Positions 1 to 9,142 of a stretch of 64,000 nt of DNA are shown in pieces. Source of the DNA: an uncultured virus (IMG/VR IMGVR_UViG_3300035686_000079) (lineage: Duplodnaviria > Heunggongvirae > Uroviricota > Caudoviricetes); IMG/VR virus record IMGVR_UViG_3300035686_000079; one strand, 5' to 3'. Within the stretch, counting starts at the first letter, position 1. Each line of letters begins with the position of its first letter. A model generated the notes under the pieces. It ran no database searches and was not told where the DNA came from. It saw nothing but the letters and a program-made list of their open reading frames with translations. The translations under genes were made by a program, and so were the position numbers.

Positions 1-348
1 ACCTCGCTTACCTGTTTTGTCTGGTACGAGCCATCGTTTCCATGCTTTGTCTAATCTCTGAAGATTCATTTGCTGAACCTCCGAGTAGATATTGGCATAG
101 GCAGGAAACAATTTCTTGGTTTCCTTCAGAGCAGACTGCTGATAGTAGTAGTCCACTCGTTCTGGAATTTCCCCAATGGGTTCGGAAACAATTGAGCAAC
201 GGTCAATCTGAGACCTTGTGCGATTAAGCCAGTCCAGTCGTTGCGCTAACGAAAAATTCCAGTGCCTCCTCAGCAACTCACTCCAGGTCTCCATAATGGC
301 GACCTGTTCGGGAGTGGGCTTAATCCTGTACTGGAACGTTATTATCAT
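1..348 (-). CDS. tnpB: TnpB RNA-guided nuclease, N-terminal part (runs off window; absent from ORF track)
   Basis: Manual translation from ATG 348: MIITFQYRIKPTPEQVAIMETWSELLRRHWNFSLAQRLDWLNRTRSQIDRCSIVSEPIG..., clearly homologous to the TnpB at 54315; divergent from tnpA. Confidence 0.9.
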   Translation of the reverse strand, partial: MIITFQYRIKPTPEQVAIMETWSELLRRHWNFSLAQRLDWLNRTRSQIDRCSIVSEPIGEIPERVDYYYQQSALKETKKLFPAYANIYSEVQQMNLQRLDKAWKRWLVPDKTGKRG

Positions 349-373
349 GGAAGTAATTATATCACTTAACGTT

Positions 374-784
374 GTGGACTATACCAAAGGCAACCGTTCA
401 GTTTACAGTCTTAATATTCATTTAGTGTTGGTAACGAAATACCGTCGCAAAGTTATCACGGAAGATATCTTGCGACGGCTAAAAGAGGTATTTGATGCAA
501 CTTGCCAAAAATGGCGATGCACTCTCAAAGAATTCAATGGAGAGGCTGACCACGTACACCTGGTCATCTCTTTCCCACCTGATGTACAAGTCAATACGTT
601 AGTGGGCAATCTAAAAACAGTATCCAGTCGGCTTATTCGCAAAGAATTTGCTGACTGGATATCTCAGTTTTATAAGAAGCCCGTATTCTGGTCAGGTGCT
701 TACTTTGTGGCTAGCTGCGGAGGTGTGACTCTTGACCACCTTAAGCGCTATGTAGAACAACAATCAGCTCCACGCGCCACTTAA
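374..784 (+). CDS. tnpA: IS200/IS605 Y1 (HUH) transposase TnpA
   Basis: HLVLVTKYRR, EADHVHL (HUH), FWSGAYFVASCG, YVEQQ; start GTG 374 (alternative ATG 347). Confidence 0.95.
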   Translation: MDYTKGNRSVYSLNIHLVLVTKYRRKVITEDILRRLKEVFDATCQKWRCTLKEFNGEADHVHLVISFPPDVQVNTLVGNLKTVSSRLIRKEFADWISQFYKKPVFWSGAYFVASCGGVTLDHLKRYVEQQSAPRAT

Positions 785-855
785 ATGACCGCCATTCCCC
801 TCCCGTCAACTAAGAGTGTGACGGGAGACCCCTGGCGGAAGAATGTTGGATATAT

Positions 856-1131
856 GTGATAGTCAGGAAAACGAAAGACAAGCCACCAGCAGAAGACTTG
901 ACCTTCAAAGCTAAAGGACTCCCCTACCCTCATCCGTTCTGGTTGAGGGTCGATCGGTTGGCAGACGATGCCGACAGATACACTTGTCACATTGATTTGG
1001 CAACGTGCCCAGCCACGCTATATGAAACGATCGTTCATCACACCGTTAATCGTGAAATCAAGCCTTTGTTAATTCAAATGGGCTTCTTGGAACCAGATCA
1101 AATATCAATTTTGTATCAGGAACCAAGTTAA
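856..1131 (+). CDS. hypothetical protein
   Basis: 91-aa ORF ending just before a terminator; start uncertain because it abuts the IS end. Confidence 0.5.
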   Translation: MIVRKTKDKPPAEDLTFKAKGLPYPHPFWLRVDRLADDADRYTCHIDLATCPATLYETIVHHTVNREIKPLLIQMGFLEPDQISILYQEPS

Positions 1132-1135
1132 TACG

Positions 1136-1180
1136 AAAAGACCCACCTAATCAAAATCAAATTGATTAGGTGGGTCTTTT
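1136..1180. terminator. bidirectional intrinsic terminator
   Basis: AAAAGACCCACCTAATCAA-loop-TTGATTAGGTGGGTCTTTT between convergent genes. Confidence 0.85.
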
Positions 1181-1181
1181 G

Positions 1182-1706
1182 CTATTTGTAGACGAAGGCT
1201 ACTCCCGGTTCGGGATAGACGACGCTTATGCATCCGAGTGTTTTCTGCATCCATTGATGCCACTCTGGGGGCGTGTAATAGCGCTGGAAGGTACCGATCG
1301 AAGTAATCACCTCAACCGGATCGGTTTTTCGTTTTGGTTGCACTGACACAACCATGGCACGAATTGCCAATTGATAGCAGAACTGAAGGACTTCTTCCCG
1401 CTCTGAGTTATCTTCAATGACATTGAGCACGTAAATCAGCGACACAACATCTGTTGGCTGAATCGCCGTCGTATCGGGTTTGTAGTGGGGATCGAATCCC
1501 CTGGCATGGATGCCAGAAGCATTGAGTCTTTCGACATCGCCATGCCTACCACACCCAAAATCTAGGACGTGGGAATCTTCTTGAATTAATCCCTTGGTTA
1601 CAGCCAAATTCATTGGTCTGGATAAAGAAGATCGTCCGATCGCCGTTTTCCAGCGTGGTGTTTGCCAGATGGAAGAATCGATCCACTTGGGAAAAGATTG
1701 TTGCAT
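1182..1706 (-). CDS. DNA phosphorothioation-associated putative methyltransferase-like protein (short, single MTase domain)
   Basis: KTAIGRSSLSRP, LDFGCGRHGD, GFDPHY, YVLNVIED..ER, TSIGTFQRYY match the pattern I recall for this family. Confidence 0.75.
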   Translation of the reverse strand: MQQSFPKWIDSSIWQTPRWKTAIGRSSLSRPMNLAVTKGLIQEDSHVLDFGCGRHGDVERLNASGIHARGFDPHYKPDTTAIQPTDVVSLIYVLNVIEDNSEREEVLQFCYQLAIRAMVVSVQPKRKTDPVEVITSIGTFQRYYTPPEWHQWMQKTLGCISVVYPEPGVAFVYK

Positions 1707-1778
1707 AATAGATTTAGAACTTTAGAGTCTCTACAAAATCGCGATCGCACTCTATGCACAGAGTACGATCGCCTTTGC

Positions 1779-3365
1779 TTAGTCTTCGTCTTCTCCGACG
1801 ATATCGATATTTATCTTCAAGCGCCAGAAGCTGGTCTTACTTACAGTCCAGCTGTACAGCCGGTTGTTAGACCAGAAGAGTGAGGAGAGGAGAATGTCTA
1901 GCTTCTCTCCTTTTTTGAGGTTCTCCTCTGCCTCTTTGATAAGAGCCAGGTGAACCTCGGTCGCCTTTTTGATGAACTCCTTAGTTTCAGGAGCCTCTTT
2001 CTGGGCGGCTTTTTGGGCTTCGGAGGAAATCTCCTTAGCCTTTTCAATTTGCTTCTCAAGTTCAGCTTTCGCTTCAGCTTGAGTTTCCGGTTTTGGCTCC
2101 TCTCCTAACTTAGGTTGGGGAGCCTCTACCTTATCGGTGACGACTGTAGAGCCGTCACTTTGGATTTGCTCGTCAACGTTCTCAACAGCGGGTGCTGGAG
2201 AGGTCATCTGAGCGAGTTTGTCCTTAACATTTTTCACTGTCTCGGCAAATGCTGCAGACAAGAGATAGGAAGCGCCGATCGCTTCTACAACTAGCCGCTC
2301 TGACGCAACGCCTGGGAAGGCAAGCGCCACTTGGGCGGCAGTGATGTATTTCAGGACGTTTAGCAGGGCTTTCCCTGCGACCATCACACTTGATTCTGAT
2401 GGTTGTTCCGGTTTTTGAGCAACCGGAACTGTGACATCCTTTTTATCCTCGACGTGGAGGGTTAAGGATGAATTCTTAAAAACGATCTGAACAGGCGTGT
2501 TATCCATGTCCTCCCCAATGAGGGAAGTCACGGCTTTTAGCAGCTTGTTGCGATCGAATTGGATTTTTGGGGAATCCGTGGGATTGAAATCCTCAATCGT
2601 TGGGAATTTCTTTACCTCTATGAGGTCGGTCGTTATTGTAACCCTTGCTCCCTCTAGGAGAGCTTTCCCCCTGGAGATTGAGATCGAAACGGACTCTTCT
2701 CCTCCTTTTTCAAGGAGGCTAATTGCCTCGGCGGGAATTGTGAATTCCCCGCTCTTGACCTCAGCCCCTTTGGTTGAGGGGCGTCCCCGTCCTTTTTTGA
2801 CGGTGGGCATTTGGTAGGTTCGGTACACCATGGTGGTGTCGTTCAGTGAGGTTAGGCAGATGATGCTGCCTGCATACTGAATGTGTATACCCTTCATGGG
2901 CTTTTTGGCCCCCTTGGGGTTCTCCCGTGCAATTACTGCGCAGGATGCAAGGGCGGCGAACCCATCCTTGTCGAAGTGTAGGATGACCAAGGGGTCATTG
3001 AAGTTTTCTTCCACTTCTTCAAGAATCTTGTCACTTTTCCAAGGAGTGAGTGCTATTTGATTTTTGTCAGCACTCACGGTCAATGACCCTGTGTCCTTTT
3101 TGAATTTCAAAGATACGTTCATCTCCGGCTTCAGGCTTTGGATGCCCTGAATTAGAGAGGAAGAGATTGTAATCGTCCACTCCGAATCCTTGAGTTTGGG
3201 AATAATTAGCTTGTTGCGGACGAGTAGTTCATCCTTTGCATAGGTCGCCTGAAGGCAACCTTGCTTGTCGTTGATTTCAAAATAAGTCAATCGAACCGGA
3301 AACGGCTCCGCATCCTTCGAGACGTGGATGTCAAGAAGTTCTTGCAGCTGTTTGGCTGTCAACAT
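1779..3365 (-). CDS. highly diverged beta sliding clamp (DnaN-fold) protein with C-terminal charged extension
   Basis: Three-domain alternating alpha/beta pattern; ITTDLIEVKKFP..IQFDRNKLLKAV and LLNVLKYITAAQVALAF..LVVEAIGASYLL parallel DnaN domains II-III. Confidence 0.55.
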   Translation of the reverse strand: MLTAKQLQELLDIHVSKDAEPFPVRLTYFEINDKQGCLQATYAKDELLVRNKLIIPKLKDSEWTITISSSLIQGIQSLKPEMNVSLKFKKDTGSLTVSADKNQIALTPWKSDKILEEVEENFNDPLVILHFDKDGFAALASCAVIARENPKGAKKPMKGIHIQYAGSIICLTSLNDTTMVYRTYQMPTVKKGRGRPSTKGAEVKSGEFTIPAEAISLLEKGGEESVSISISRGKALLEGARVTITTDLIEVKKFPTIEDFNPTDSPKIQFDRNKLLKAVTSLIGEDMDNTPVQIVFKNSSLTLHVEDKKDVTVPVAQKPEQPSESSVMVAGKALLNVLKYITAAQVALAFPGVASERLVVEAIGASYLLSAAFAETVKNVKDKLAQMTSPAPAVENVDEQIQSDGSTVVTDKVEAPQPKLGEEPKPETQAEAKAELEKQIEKAKEISSEAQKAAQKEAPETKEFIKKATEVHLALIKEAEENLKKGEKLDILLSSLFWSNNRLYSWTVSKTSFWRLKINIDIVGEDED

Positions 3366-3436
3366 GATAACTATTCCTTGTGATTAAATGTTTCTACTCT
3401 TAGTATAACTTAATTAATGGTTGTTTGTGTTAAATT

Positions 3437-3458
3437 ACACCGTTCGATCGAACGGTGT
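3437..3458. repeat. 24-bp palindrome family, copy 1 (22-bp core)
   Basis: ACACCGTTCGATCGAACGGTGT. Confidence 0.95.
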
Positions 3459-3464
3459 TCGACA

Positions 3465-3500
3465 AAAAATCCCCATTCCAGAGTTCGGAACGGGGATGGG
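3465..3500 (-). terminator. intrinsic terminator
   Basis: AAAAAATCCCCATTCC..GGAACGGGGAT hairpin with a T-tract on the minus strand. Confidence 0.65.
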
Positions 3501-3531
3501 TGTTTACGGATTCCGTAAAGGCTGATGGAAC

Positions 3532-3711
3532 TTAGCGAGCGGCGTATAGCTGGAGTTCCATCTTCTGCACCCAGTAACGGGCGATCGCATCAACTTTGTC
3601 GAGCGTCCGCTGTGGTTTGTCAATTTCCTTAAAGACGATTGCAACGTGCCAGTTGTGTAAACGATCAATTTCGTTCCCTATCTCGTCAAAGGTTGTTGGA
3701 TTTGCTGTCAT
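3532..3711 (-). CDS. hypothetical protein
   Basis: ORF MTANPTTFDEIG... within a co-directional run. Confidence 0.55.
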   Translation of the reverse strand: MTANPTTFDEIGNEIDRLHNWHVAIVFKEIDKPQRTLDKVDAIARYWVQKMELQLYAAR

Positions 3712-3994
3712 TTTTTGATTGTCCTTGAGTAATACAAAAGCCTTGTTGCCGATCGCCACTCCGTCCTTTAAACACCTCAATTTCTACCCCAACACCTTGT
3801 AACTTTTCAACAGTTCGGTAGACCCGTTTCCTGTTGATTTGTAGCTTACCAGCTGTTGCAACCTCAATCTCCTGGGCGATTGCATTGGCGGTAAAGACCT
3901 TGCCTGGGTGTTGACTTAGGAAACGATGGATAGCAATTGCCTCCGCTCCTAGGAGTTCGATCGGTGTTAACAGTGGCTCATTCACTGCTGACAC
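3686..3994 (-). CDS. winged helix-turn-helix protein
   Basis: IHRFLSQHPGKVFTANAIAQEI..INRKRVYRTVEKLQGVGVEIE..GFCI resembles an HTH_11-type wHTH. Confidence 0.6.
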   Translation of the reverse strand: MSAVNEPLLTPIELLGAEAIAIHRFLSQHPGKVFTANAIAQEIEVATAGKLQINRKRVYRTVEKLQGVGVEIEVFKGRSGDRQQGFCITQGQSKNDSKSNNL

Positions 3995-4202
3995 AGCCTA
4001 AAAACACTGCATGACCTGCATCCAAGAGTAAGACGGCTATTGCCGTTCCCTTGTGAATGGAGGAAGGAAGCTGAGGAGGGATTGCGTATGTTTTGCCGTC
4101 AATTGAGGCAAGTTCCACTAATTCGTAGACTTGAGCGTCTACTTGAACAAAGCTTTTTTCTTCATTTTTGTCAAAGGTGCCAAGTGTTGTAGTTGGTTCC
4201 AT
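3978..4202 (-). CDS. hypothetical protein
   Basis: Tightly packed ORF in operon. Confidence 0.55.
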   Translation of the reverse strand: MEPTTTLGTFDKNEEKSFVQVDAQVYELVELASIDGKTYAIPPQLPSSIHKGTAIAVLLLDAGHAVFLGCVSSE

Positions 4203-4206
4203 AGGA

Positions 4207-4428
4207 TTAAAGTGTGCAGATTTTGTCTGGTACTTGGCTGGGTTCAGCCGCCTGAGGTTGCAGGAACGCTAGTCGCCTTGTTGAATGAACGATCGGCTGG
4301 GTCACTCTCCATGCAAACTTAGAGCTTTCAAGGCATTGCGCTACGTACAGGTCGCCGTGCTGTTCCTGAATTGACTGAAGATGTTGAATTATTTCCGATA
4401 TCTTTAATGGCTCTGGTTTGTCGGACAT
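4207..4428 (-). CDS. hypothetical phage protein
   Basis: KISEIIQHLQSIQEQHGDLYV, a common small phage-protein N-terminal pattern; AGGAG RBS. Confidence 0.65.
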   Translation of the reverse strand: MSDKPEPLKISEIIQHLQSIQEQHGDLYVAQCLESSKFAWRVTQPIVHSTRRLAFLQPQAAEPSQVPDKICTL

Positions 4429-4456
4429 AGCTTCTCCTAATTTTCTCTAAACGAAA

Positions 4457-4488
4457 TGCCCTCGATCCAAATATTTGGATCGAGGGCA
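4457..4488. terminator. perfect 32-bp inverted repeat, probable terminator
   Basis: TGCCCTCGATCCAAATATTTGGATCGAGGGCA just after the stop at 4494. Confidence 0.7.
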
Positions 4489-4493
4489 AAATA

Positions 4494-5426
4494 TTAGCCT
4501 AGTAGCTCAACGATTTCAGGGATCGGGATGATTTCCCGATTGGGGAGGACATAGGTGCGATCGTCCGATCGTACAAACAGTTCAACTGGTTCTAACTCAG
4601 GGTTGAGCAAAGTTGTTAATTTAAATGGGATATGGTGCTTTTGTTCTGTGTACAGCGAACGGGGAAGTCGTTCAAGCGATGCAATTTCGCACCGCTCCAC
4701 AGGGAAAGGGGTTTTGTCCAGTTTGAGATAGCGTGTTTCATTCCCTTCTGTTGTAGAAGGCAAAATTCGGATGTAGCCTTGTTGATCTGGTTCGTCTGTT
4801 GTTGCCCACCCAGATTCAGGTGAGTCTTCCTTCCCGTGCCAAACCCATCGGTATAGGGTGATTGGCTTCCATTCGTTGTTGTTTTGCCAGTAACTGGCAT
4901 ACACCCGTTTGATCTCCTCTTCGGCTACTGCGTCACCAGATACCGCTTGATTAAACTGCTCTACCGCTTGGACGTAGAAGTCTTTTGCTATTGCCAGCAT
5001 TTTTCCCGTCCACCTGTTGAGCTGATCGGCATTCGCTTCTTTTAGATAGTCGTAGCGAATTTTCCAGTGAGAGGTCAACGTTGCCCCGAACTCTGTGGTC
5101 TTAGGGATTTCGTCGTTGTTCCACTCTCCATTGTTGGAATACCAGATACTTCGGCGATCAAAGCTGTACGAGATCGTCATTCCATACAGGGTTAGATCGA
5201 CTTTTGGAGCCGAGCATTCATAGTTGTCCTGAAGCAGTTCTTCAGGGCAGTCTAAAGCTGCCTTAATGCGGTTTTTTAATTCCCGCATTTCCCCTTGGTA
5301 TCGACCGATCTCGATTTTCTTTGCTTTATCTTCTGTCGAGGATTGCTGTTTTTGCTTCAGGTGTTCGCGAGCGCTGTCGATGCGAGCGTCAAAAGCCAGC
5401 ATTTCAGGAGTTTCTGGAATGATCAT
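4494..5426 (-). CDS. hypothetical protein
   Basis: Long ORF; start at MIIPETPEM. Confidence 0.75.
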   Translation of the reverse strand: MIIPETPEMLAFDARIDSAREHLKQKQQSSTEDKAKKIEIGRYQGEMRELKNRIKAALDCPEELLQDNYECSAPKVDLTLYGMTISYSFDRRSIWYSNNGEWNNDEIPKTTEFGATLTSHWKIRYDYLKEANADQLNRWTGKMLAIAKDFYVQAVEQFNQAVSGDAVAEEEIKRVYASYWQNNNEWKPITLYRWVWHGKEDSPESGWATTDEPDQQGYIRILPSTTEGNETRYLKLDKTPFPVERCEIASLERLPRSLYTEQKHHIPFKLTTLLNPELEPVELFVRSDDRTYVLPNREIIPIPEIVELLG

Positions 5427-5580
5427 AGATTGATTATGATGATTGTGAAATGTTTGTGTCAGAGGGACGTAAGCGCCCTCTTTCTTCATGATATCCCAAA
5501 AACGGCACATCATGCAACCCTCAAAAAATAAGCCCTCCGTCGATCGGCGGAAGGCTCACGGCTAGATGTATGCAGTTGTT

Positions 5581-6042
5581 CTAGGGGGAGTTAGCCGTAG
5601 ATGTTTCTCCACCAGATGCTGGACCCGAAGACGTTGCCACGTTCTGGGTGATGGCACTGGCTGGTTGATCGCCTGTTGCTAGTGGTGGTCCAGAAGGCGA
5701 GGTAGAGCTATCGGGTGTGGGGCTACGGCCCGAATGTGGGGGAGTTGCCCCACCTGATGTTGCCGCAGGTGGCATGTCTGCGGGGTTCTTTAATATGCGG
5801 CACAAGCCGTCATACCCCACGTAGGCAACAGGGTCGGGGAAAGTCCGCCATGTTTCTATAAATAATTCCCAGACCTTGGCGGCTCCCGCTGTCATTAGCG
5901 CTTTCCCGAAATTGATCTGCTCGTGAGCAAGTAAAAATGTTTGCCCGACCATCCCCTTGTCATTGGCAATCAACAGGGGCTGCTGGCACTTGAGTAGAAC
6001 AGCCCCGTTCTGTTCTGTAATCGTCGCTTTGACTTTTGACAT
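5581..6042 (-). CDS. hypothetical protein with P/S/T-rich tail
   Basis: ORF downstream of parB, MSKVKAT... Confidence 0.65.
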   Translation of the reverse strand: MSKVKATITEQNGAVLLKCQQPLLIANDKGMVGQTFLLAHEQINFGKALMTAGAAKVWELFIETWRTFPDPVAYVGYDGLCRILKNPADMPPAATSGGATPPHSGRSPTPDSSTSPSGPPLATGDQPASAITQNVATSSGPASGGETSTANSP

Positions 6043-6082
6043 AATTAACGACCTAGATGATTTTCTAATTGTACTTCTTACA

Positions 6083-7180
6083 TTAATCGAGTTCCTGTAA
6101 CTTTCGTCGCAGCGCCTCTTTGAGTTCCTGTCTGCTTGATTCAGAAAGCTTTGCCACTTCAATTCGATCGATCGCCTGAATCACTTTATTTTCCTGCCTG
6201 TCTGAAGGTTTTTTCAGTTTCTGATTCACCAGTTGGCGAACCTTGGACAGTGACAGACGATCGTTTATAATCCGTTCGATGAGTTCTCGCCGAACTTTTA
6301 AAGCCGCTTTGGGCGTACAGCCTAAGTTTTGTGGGGTGAGTTTAGAGAGTGCAGTTGCGGTATTTACGCTTAACCCTTGCTCTCGTATCGCGACCTTTAA
6401 GTCGTCGAATAAATTAAGGCAGTCTACCGCAACTGCAAAGGATGGTGGCTTGATGCCGAGTTCCAGCAGTACGGTAAAAATCTTGCGTTCCTCATCAGAT
6501 ATCCCCTCTAATTTAGGACGCCCTCGCTCTTTGTGTTCATCAGTTGTCGTTTTAATGTTTTGCAGGGCTGACAGGCTCAATAATTCCGGTATCCGCTGAT
6601 GTCGAGCGAAGCGCCTGATCGTTGTTCTTATCAATCGGACGATCGTCTCTGCCTCCATCCCTGTAGCTGTTTGAATCTCTTGAAGTACGGCTTCAGCCAT
6701 GTCCAATTGATTCAATCCCTCTCTGTGTAAACTGGCGACCAAAATCTTTCTTTGCAGGTGAGCTGGTCGAGGAATGACGATCGCTTTGATTGTGTTCCAG
6801 CCTAACTTGGTAGCCGCTCTGTAGCGACGTTCCCCATCAAAAAGTTCAAAGCACTCGCCTTTGTCTATCAAGATAACCGGCTCCTGTTGTCCATCGCGCT
6901 CTAAGGAGTCAGCTAAGTGTGAAATTGTGTCCTCCAAGAATGTTCGTCTTGGTTGGTTAGGGTTGCGATCGATCAGTTCCAGTTCTATCTCCCGTATGGG
7001 GGAAGAAACCAGCATTTCTTTAAGCTGATTGATGTTTTGACTGCTATCTTGACCGTTTTCTCGCAATCTCGCAATCTCTTGAGTCAACTCAAATACCTTA
7101 GACTCCAATTCTAGAACGTCCTGGACTTCCGCAGCATCGGAGAATAGTTCGGTTAGGTTTATCCCTGATTTATTATTCAT
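6083..7180 (-). CDS. parB: ParB/RepB/Spo0J partition protein
   Basis: NPNQPRRTF, GQQEPV, DGERRYRA (ParB box II), HREGLNQLD; immediately downstream of parA. Confidence 0.93.
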   Translation of the reverse strand: MNNKSGINLTELFSDAAEVQDVLELESKVFELTQEIARLRENGQDSSQNINQLKEMLVSSPIREIELELIDRNPNQPRRTFLEDTISHLADSLERDGQQEPVILIDKGECFELFDGERRYRAATKLGWNTIKAIVIPRPAHLQRKILVASLHREGLNQLDMAEAVLQEIQTATGMEAETIVRLIRTTIRRFARHQRIPELLSLSALQNIKTTTDEHKERGRPKLEGISDEERKIFTVLLELGIKPPSFAVAVDCLNLFDDLKVAIREQGLSVNTATALSKLTPQNLGCTPKAALKVRRELIERIINDRLSLSKVRQLVNQKLKKPSDRQENKVIQAIDRIEVAKLSESSRQELKEALRRKLQELD

Positions 7181-7943
7181 GAAAATTTAACTTTTTTACG
7201 ATCGGTTCAAAGTCTGTAATGGCTGAATTGCCAGGGCGGAAGAGGGGTATGGGAATGCCTTTGCCACTGGCTGTTTTAAAGTCGGCTGAATGTCGGATCG
7301 GAGGGAAAAACTCTAACCCCATATCTGCCAATGTCGGGCGCAGGTCGATTAATAAATTGCGGTGCGTAGCAAAGTTCTTGTTGTACATGCACGGCACGAC
7401 GCCAAGGATTTTAGGTTGTGGATTAAGTCTCAACCGTTTCACTATCTGAAATATCCACTGCAATAGTGCGGCACAGCCATAGACCGCCTTAGGCTCTGGC
7501 TGAATAGGGATTAGGATATCCGTTGCTGCTGATAAGGCAACCAAGGGTAATGGCCCTAGCGTGGCTGGGCAGTCGAAGAAGACGTACTTATGGGGTAGGG
7601 GATAATCTATCAGCCGATCGCTCAGCAGGTATGCTCCACGCTCGTGTAGCGCCAATTGCGTAATCGCCTTGACTAAGCCAGTATCCGCGTATGCTACAGA
7701 AACTTTGTTGTTCCAGCTAACGGGGGCGAGATTCCAATCTCCTTGAAAGGTCTCGTCGAAGACGGAAGCGATCGAGGTTTGCTGCTTTTTTAGCCCCGTG
7801 AACAGTGATAGCGAGCCTTGCGGGTCGAGGTCGATGAGAGCAACACTATGCCCCTGAGAGCCGAGAAGGTAGCCTAGGTGAGTGGTCAGGGTTGTTTTAC
7901 CTGTCCCCCCGGCGTTGGAAAGTACTGCTATCCGTCGTTGCAT
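7173..7943 (-). CDS. parA: ParA partition ATPase
   Basis: Deviant Walker A NAGGTGKTT, IDLDPQGSLS, FFDCPATLG. Confidence 0.95.
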   Translation of the reverse strand: MQRRIAVLSNAGGTGKTTLTTHLGYLLGSQGHSVALIDLDPQGSLSLFTGLKKQQTSIASVFDETFQGDWNLAPVSWNNKVSVAYADTGLVKAITQLALHERGAYLLSDRLIDYPLPHKYVFFDCPATLGPLPLVALSAATDILIPIQPEPKAVYGCAALLQWIFQIVKRLRLNPQPKILGVVPCMYNKNFATHRNLLIDLRPTLADMGLEFFPPIRHSADFKTASGKGIPIPLFRPGNSAITDFEPIVKKLNFHE

Positions 7944-7945
7944 GT

Positions 7946-7975
7946 TTTTTGTCATAAAACGTTTTATGACAAAAA
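7946..7975. promoter_or_regulatory. perfect 30-bp palindrome at the parA start (operator or parS candidate)
   Basis: TTTTTGTCATAAAACGTTTTATGACAAAAA directly upstream of the parA ATG. Confidence 0.6.
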
Positions 7976-8001
7976 TGGTACCTGAATTTTGCTCCTGCAA
8001 C

Positions 8002-8029
8002 AAAAAATCCCACCTTAAGAAAGGTGGGA
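8002..8029 (-). terminator. intrinsic terminator
   Basis: TCCCACCTT-AAGA-AAGGTGGGA with a T-tract on the minus strand. Confidence 0.75.
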
Positions 8030-8062
8030 CGTGAAATTCCGCTCTTGCTAGATTAGTTTAGT

Positions 8063-8677
8063 TTAGGCATAAAGCTCGCTGTTCTTCAGGAAAAACAACA
8101 ATACTTTGGCTACGGGGGCGGGAAGACCCGTAACGGTTACATCGACCGTTTCACCTCTTGCGAGGACTTCCACTCCCACTTCCACTTCTTTTTTGGGGCG
8201 GATAACGGTATAGGCCCGGTTGCCACTGGAATCCCCTCCCAAGATTTTTGAGAGGATGGAGACGATCGGATGAACCTTGACATGCTGCTGTGTCTTGAAT
8301 TGTTGCTCTATTTTGTGTGTTTGGAGCGCTTCTTCCCAGGTCGCTTGATACTGGGGCATGATTTTGTTTTGTATTTGCTCGACAATGTACTCTAACCCCT
8401 TGTTGATTTGAGTAGAGGTGAGGGTGAGCTTTCTGTCCAATTCATCTTTAGGCACGTAAGCGATTGCGCCTGGGGGTAGATGCTGCCAGTCGCACTGGAC
8501 GAGCAGACGCACTTCTGAAAGATAGTTTACTGTTGGTTGCAAGTGGAGGTAGATGCCTTTTCCTTCGTCAGTTGCAAGGCAGATATGTCCTTGACCGGAA
8601 ATGCTGTCTTCGTCGATGAACCATTCATCACCTAGCGCAACGCAGATTTGCTCTGCGATCGCCTCGTAGGTCTTCAT
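8063..8677 (-). CDS. hypothetical protein
   Basis: ORF MKTYEAIAEQI... Confidence 0.7.
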   Translation of the reverse strand: MKTYEAIAEQICVALGDEWFIDEDSISGQGHICLATDEGKGIYLHLQPTVNYLSEVRLLVQCDWQHLPPGAIAYVPKDELDRKLTLTSTQINKGLEYIVEQIQNKIMPQYQATWEEALQTHKIEQQFKTQQHVKVHPIVSILSKILGGDSSGNRAYTVIRPKKEVEVGVEVLARGETVDVTVTGLPAPVAKVLLFFLKNSELYA

Positions 8678-8892
8678 GTTGAGTTCTTTCTCAACACTGT
8701 ACAGTTGGTGTACGATCGAACTTAAATTGGGTTTGAGTTGTACTAGTTGCATGGTGATATAGAAACGACGGCTTAATAGGCGGAAAGTAAAACCGCCGAT
8801 CTGTAAAAAAGGATTATTGTTACTTCCTTATACTTTTATTTTATGGGATGCGATCGGTCACTTTAATATTAAAGTAGATTCGTAATTACCGT

Positions 8893-9060
8893 ACAAAAGC
8901 AGAAAGCCCCAGCACGAACTGTGCCGAGGCTTTGGAATTCCATTGTGAGATATTTGTGTTTCGGGCAATATGACCGCCTTTCAGTAAAGTTTTGGTTGCA
9001 AGTTGTGGCTTGCTGCACCCTAAAATTCAATGTTTGCGATTGCGCTACTTTTTTGTATCT
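8893..9060 (-). ncRNA. candidate ~165-nt sRNA
   Basis: Upstream TTGTCA-N17-TACAAT promoter (9095-9067); ends in hairpin AAAGCCTCGGCAC..GTGCTGGGGCTTT plus U-rich tail; no convincing ORF. Confidence 0.4.
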
Positions 9061-9066
9061 ACAGTA

Positions 9067-9095
9067 ATTGTAGCATATTGTATTATGTATGACAA
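9067..9095 (-). promoter_or_regulatory. sigma70-type promoter
   Basis: TTGTCA-17 bp-TACAAT with a TG extension. Confidence 0.7.
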
Positions 9096-9114
9096 CAAAG
9101 GTGTAGAGTAACAG

Positions 9115-9138
9115 AACACCGTTTGATCGAACGGTGTT
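9115..9138. repeat. 24-bp palindrome family, copy 2
   Basis: AACACCGTTTGATCGAACGGTGTT (one C>T change). Confidence 0.95.
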
Positions 9139-9142
9139 AAAC

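Larger units (their letters stand above)
1..845. mobile_element. IS605-group element (divergent tnpA/tnpB), partial
   Basis: tnpA plus tnpB and a subterminal hairpin CCCGTCA..TGACGGG flanked by CCGCC/GGCGG at about 789-840; boundary approximate. Confidence 0.85.

Noticed and set aside
4457..4488. Perfect palindromes as protelomerase (tel) sites
   Set aside because: They are short and positioned like terminators, and no protelomerase gene is seen in the window.
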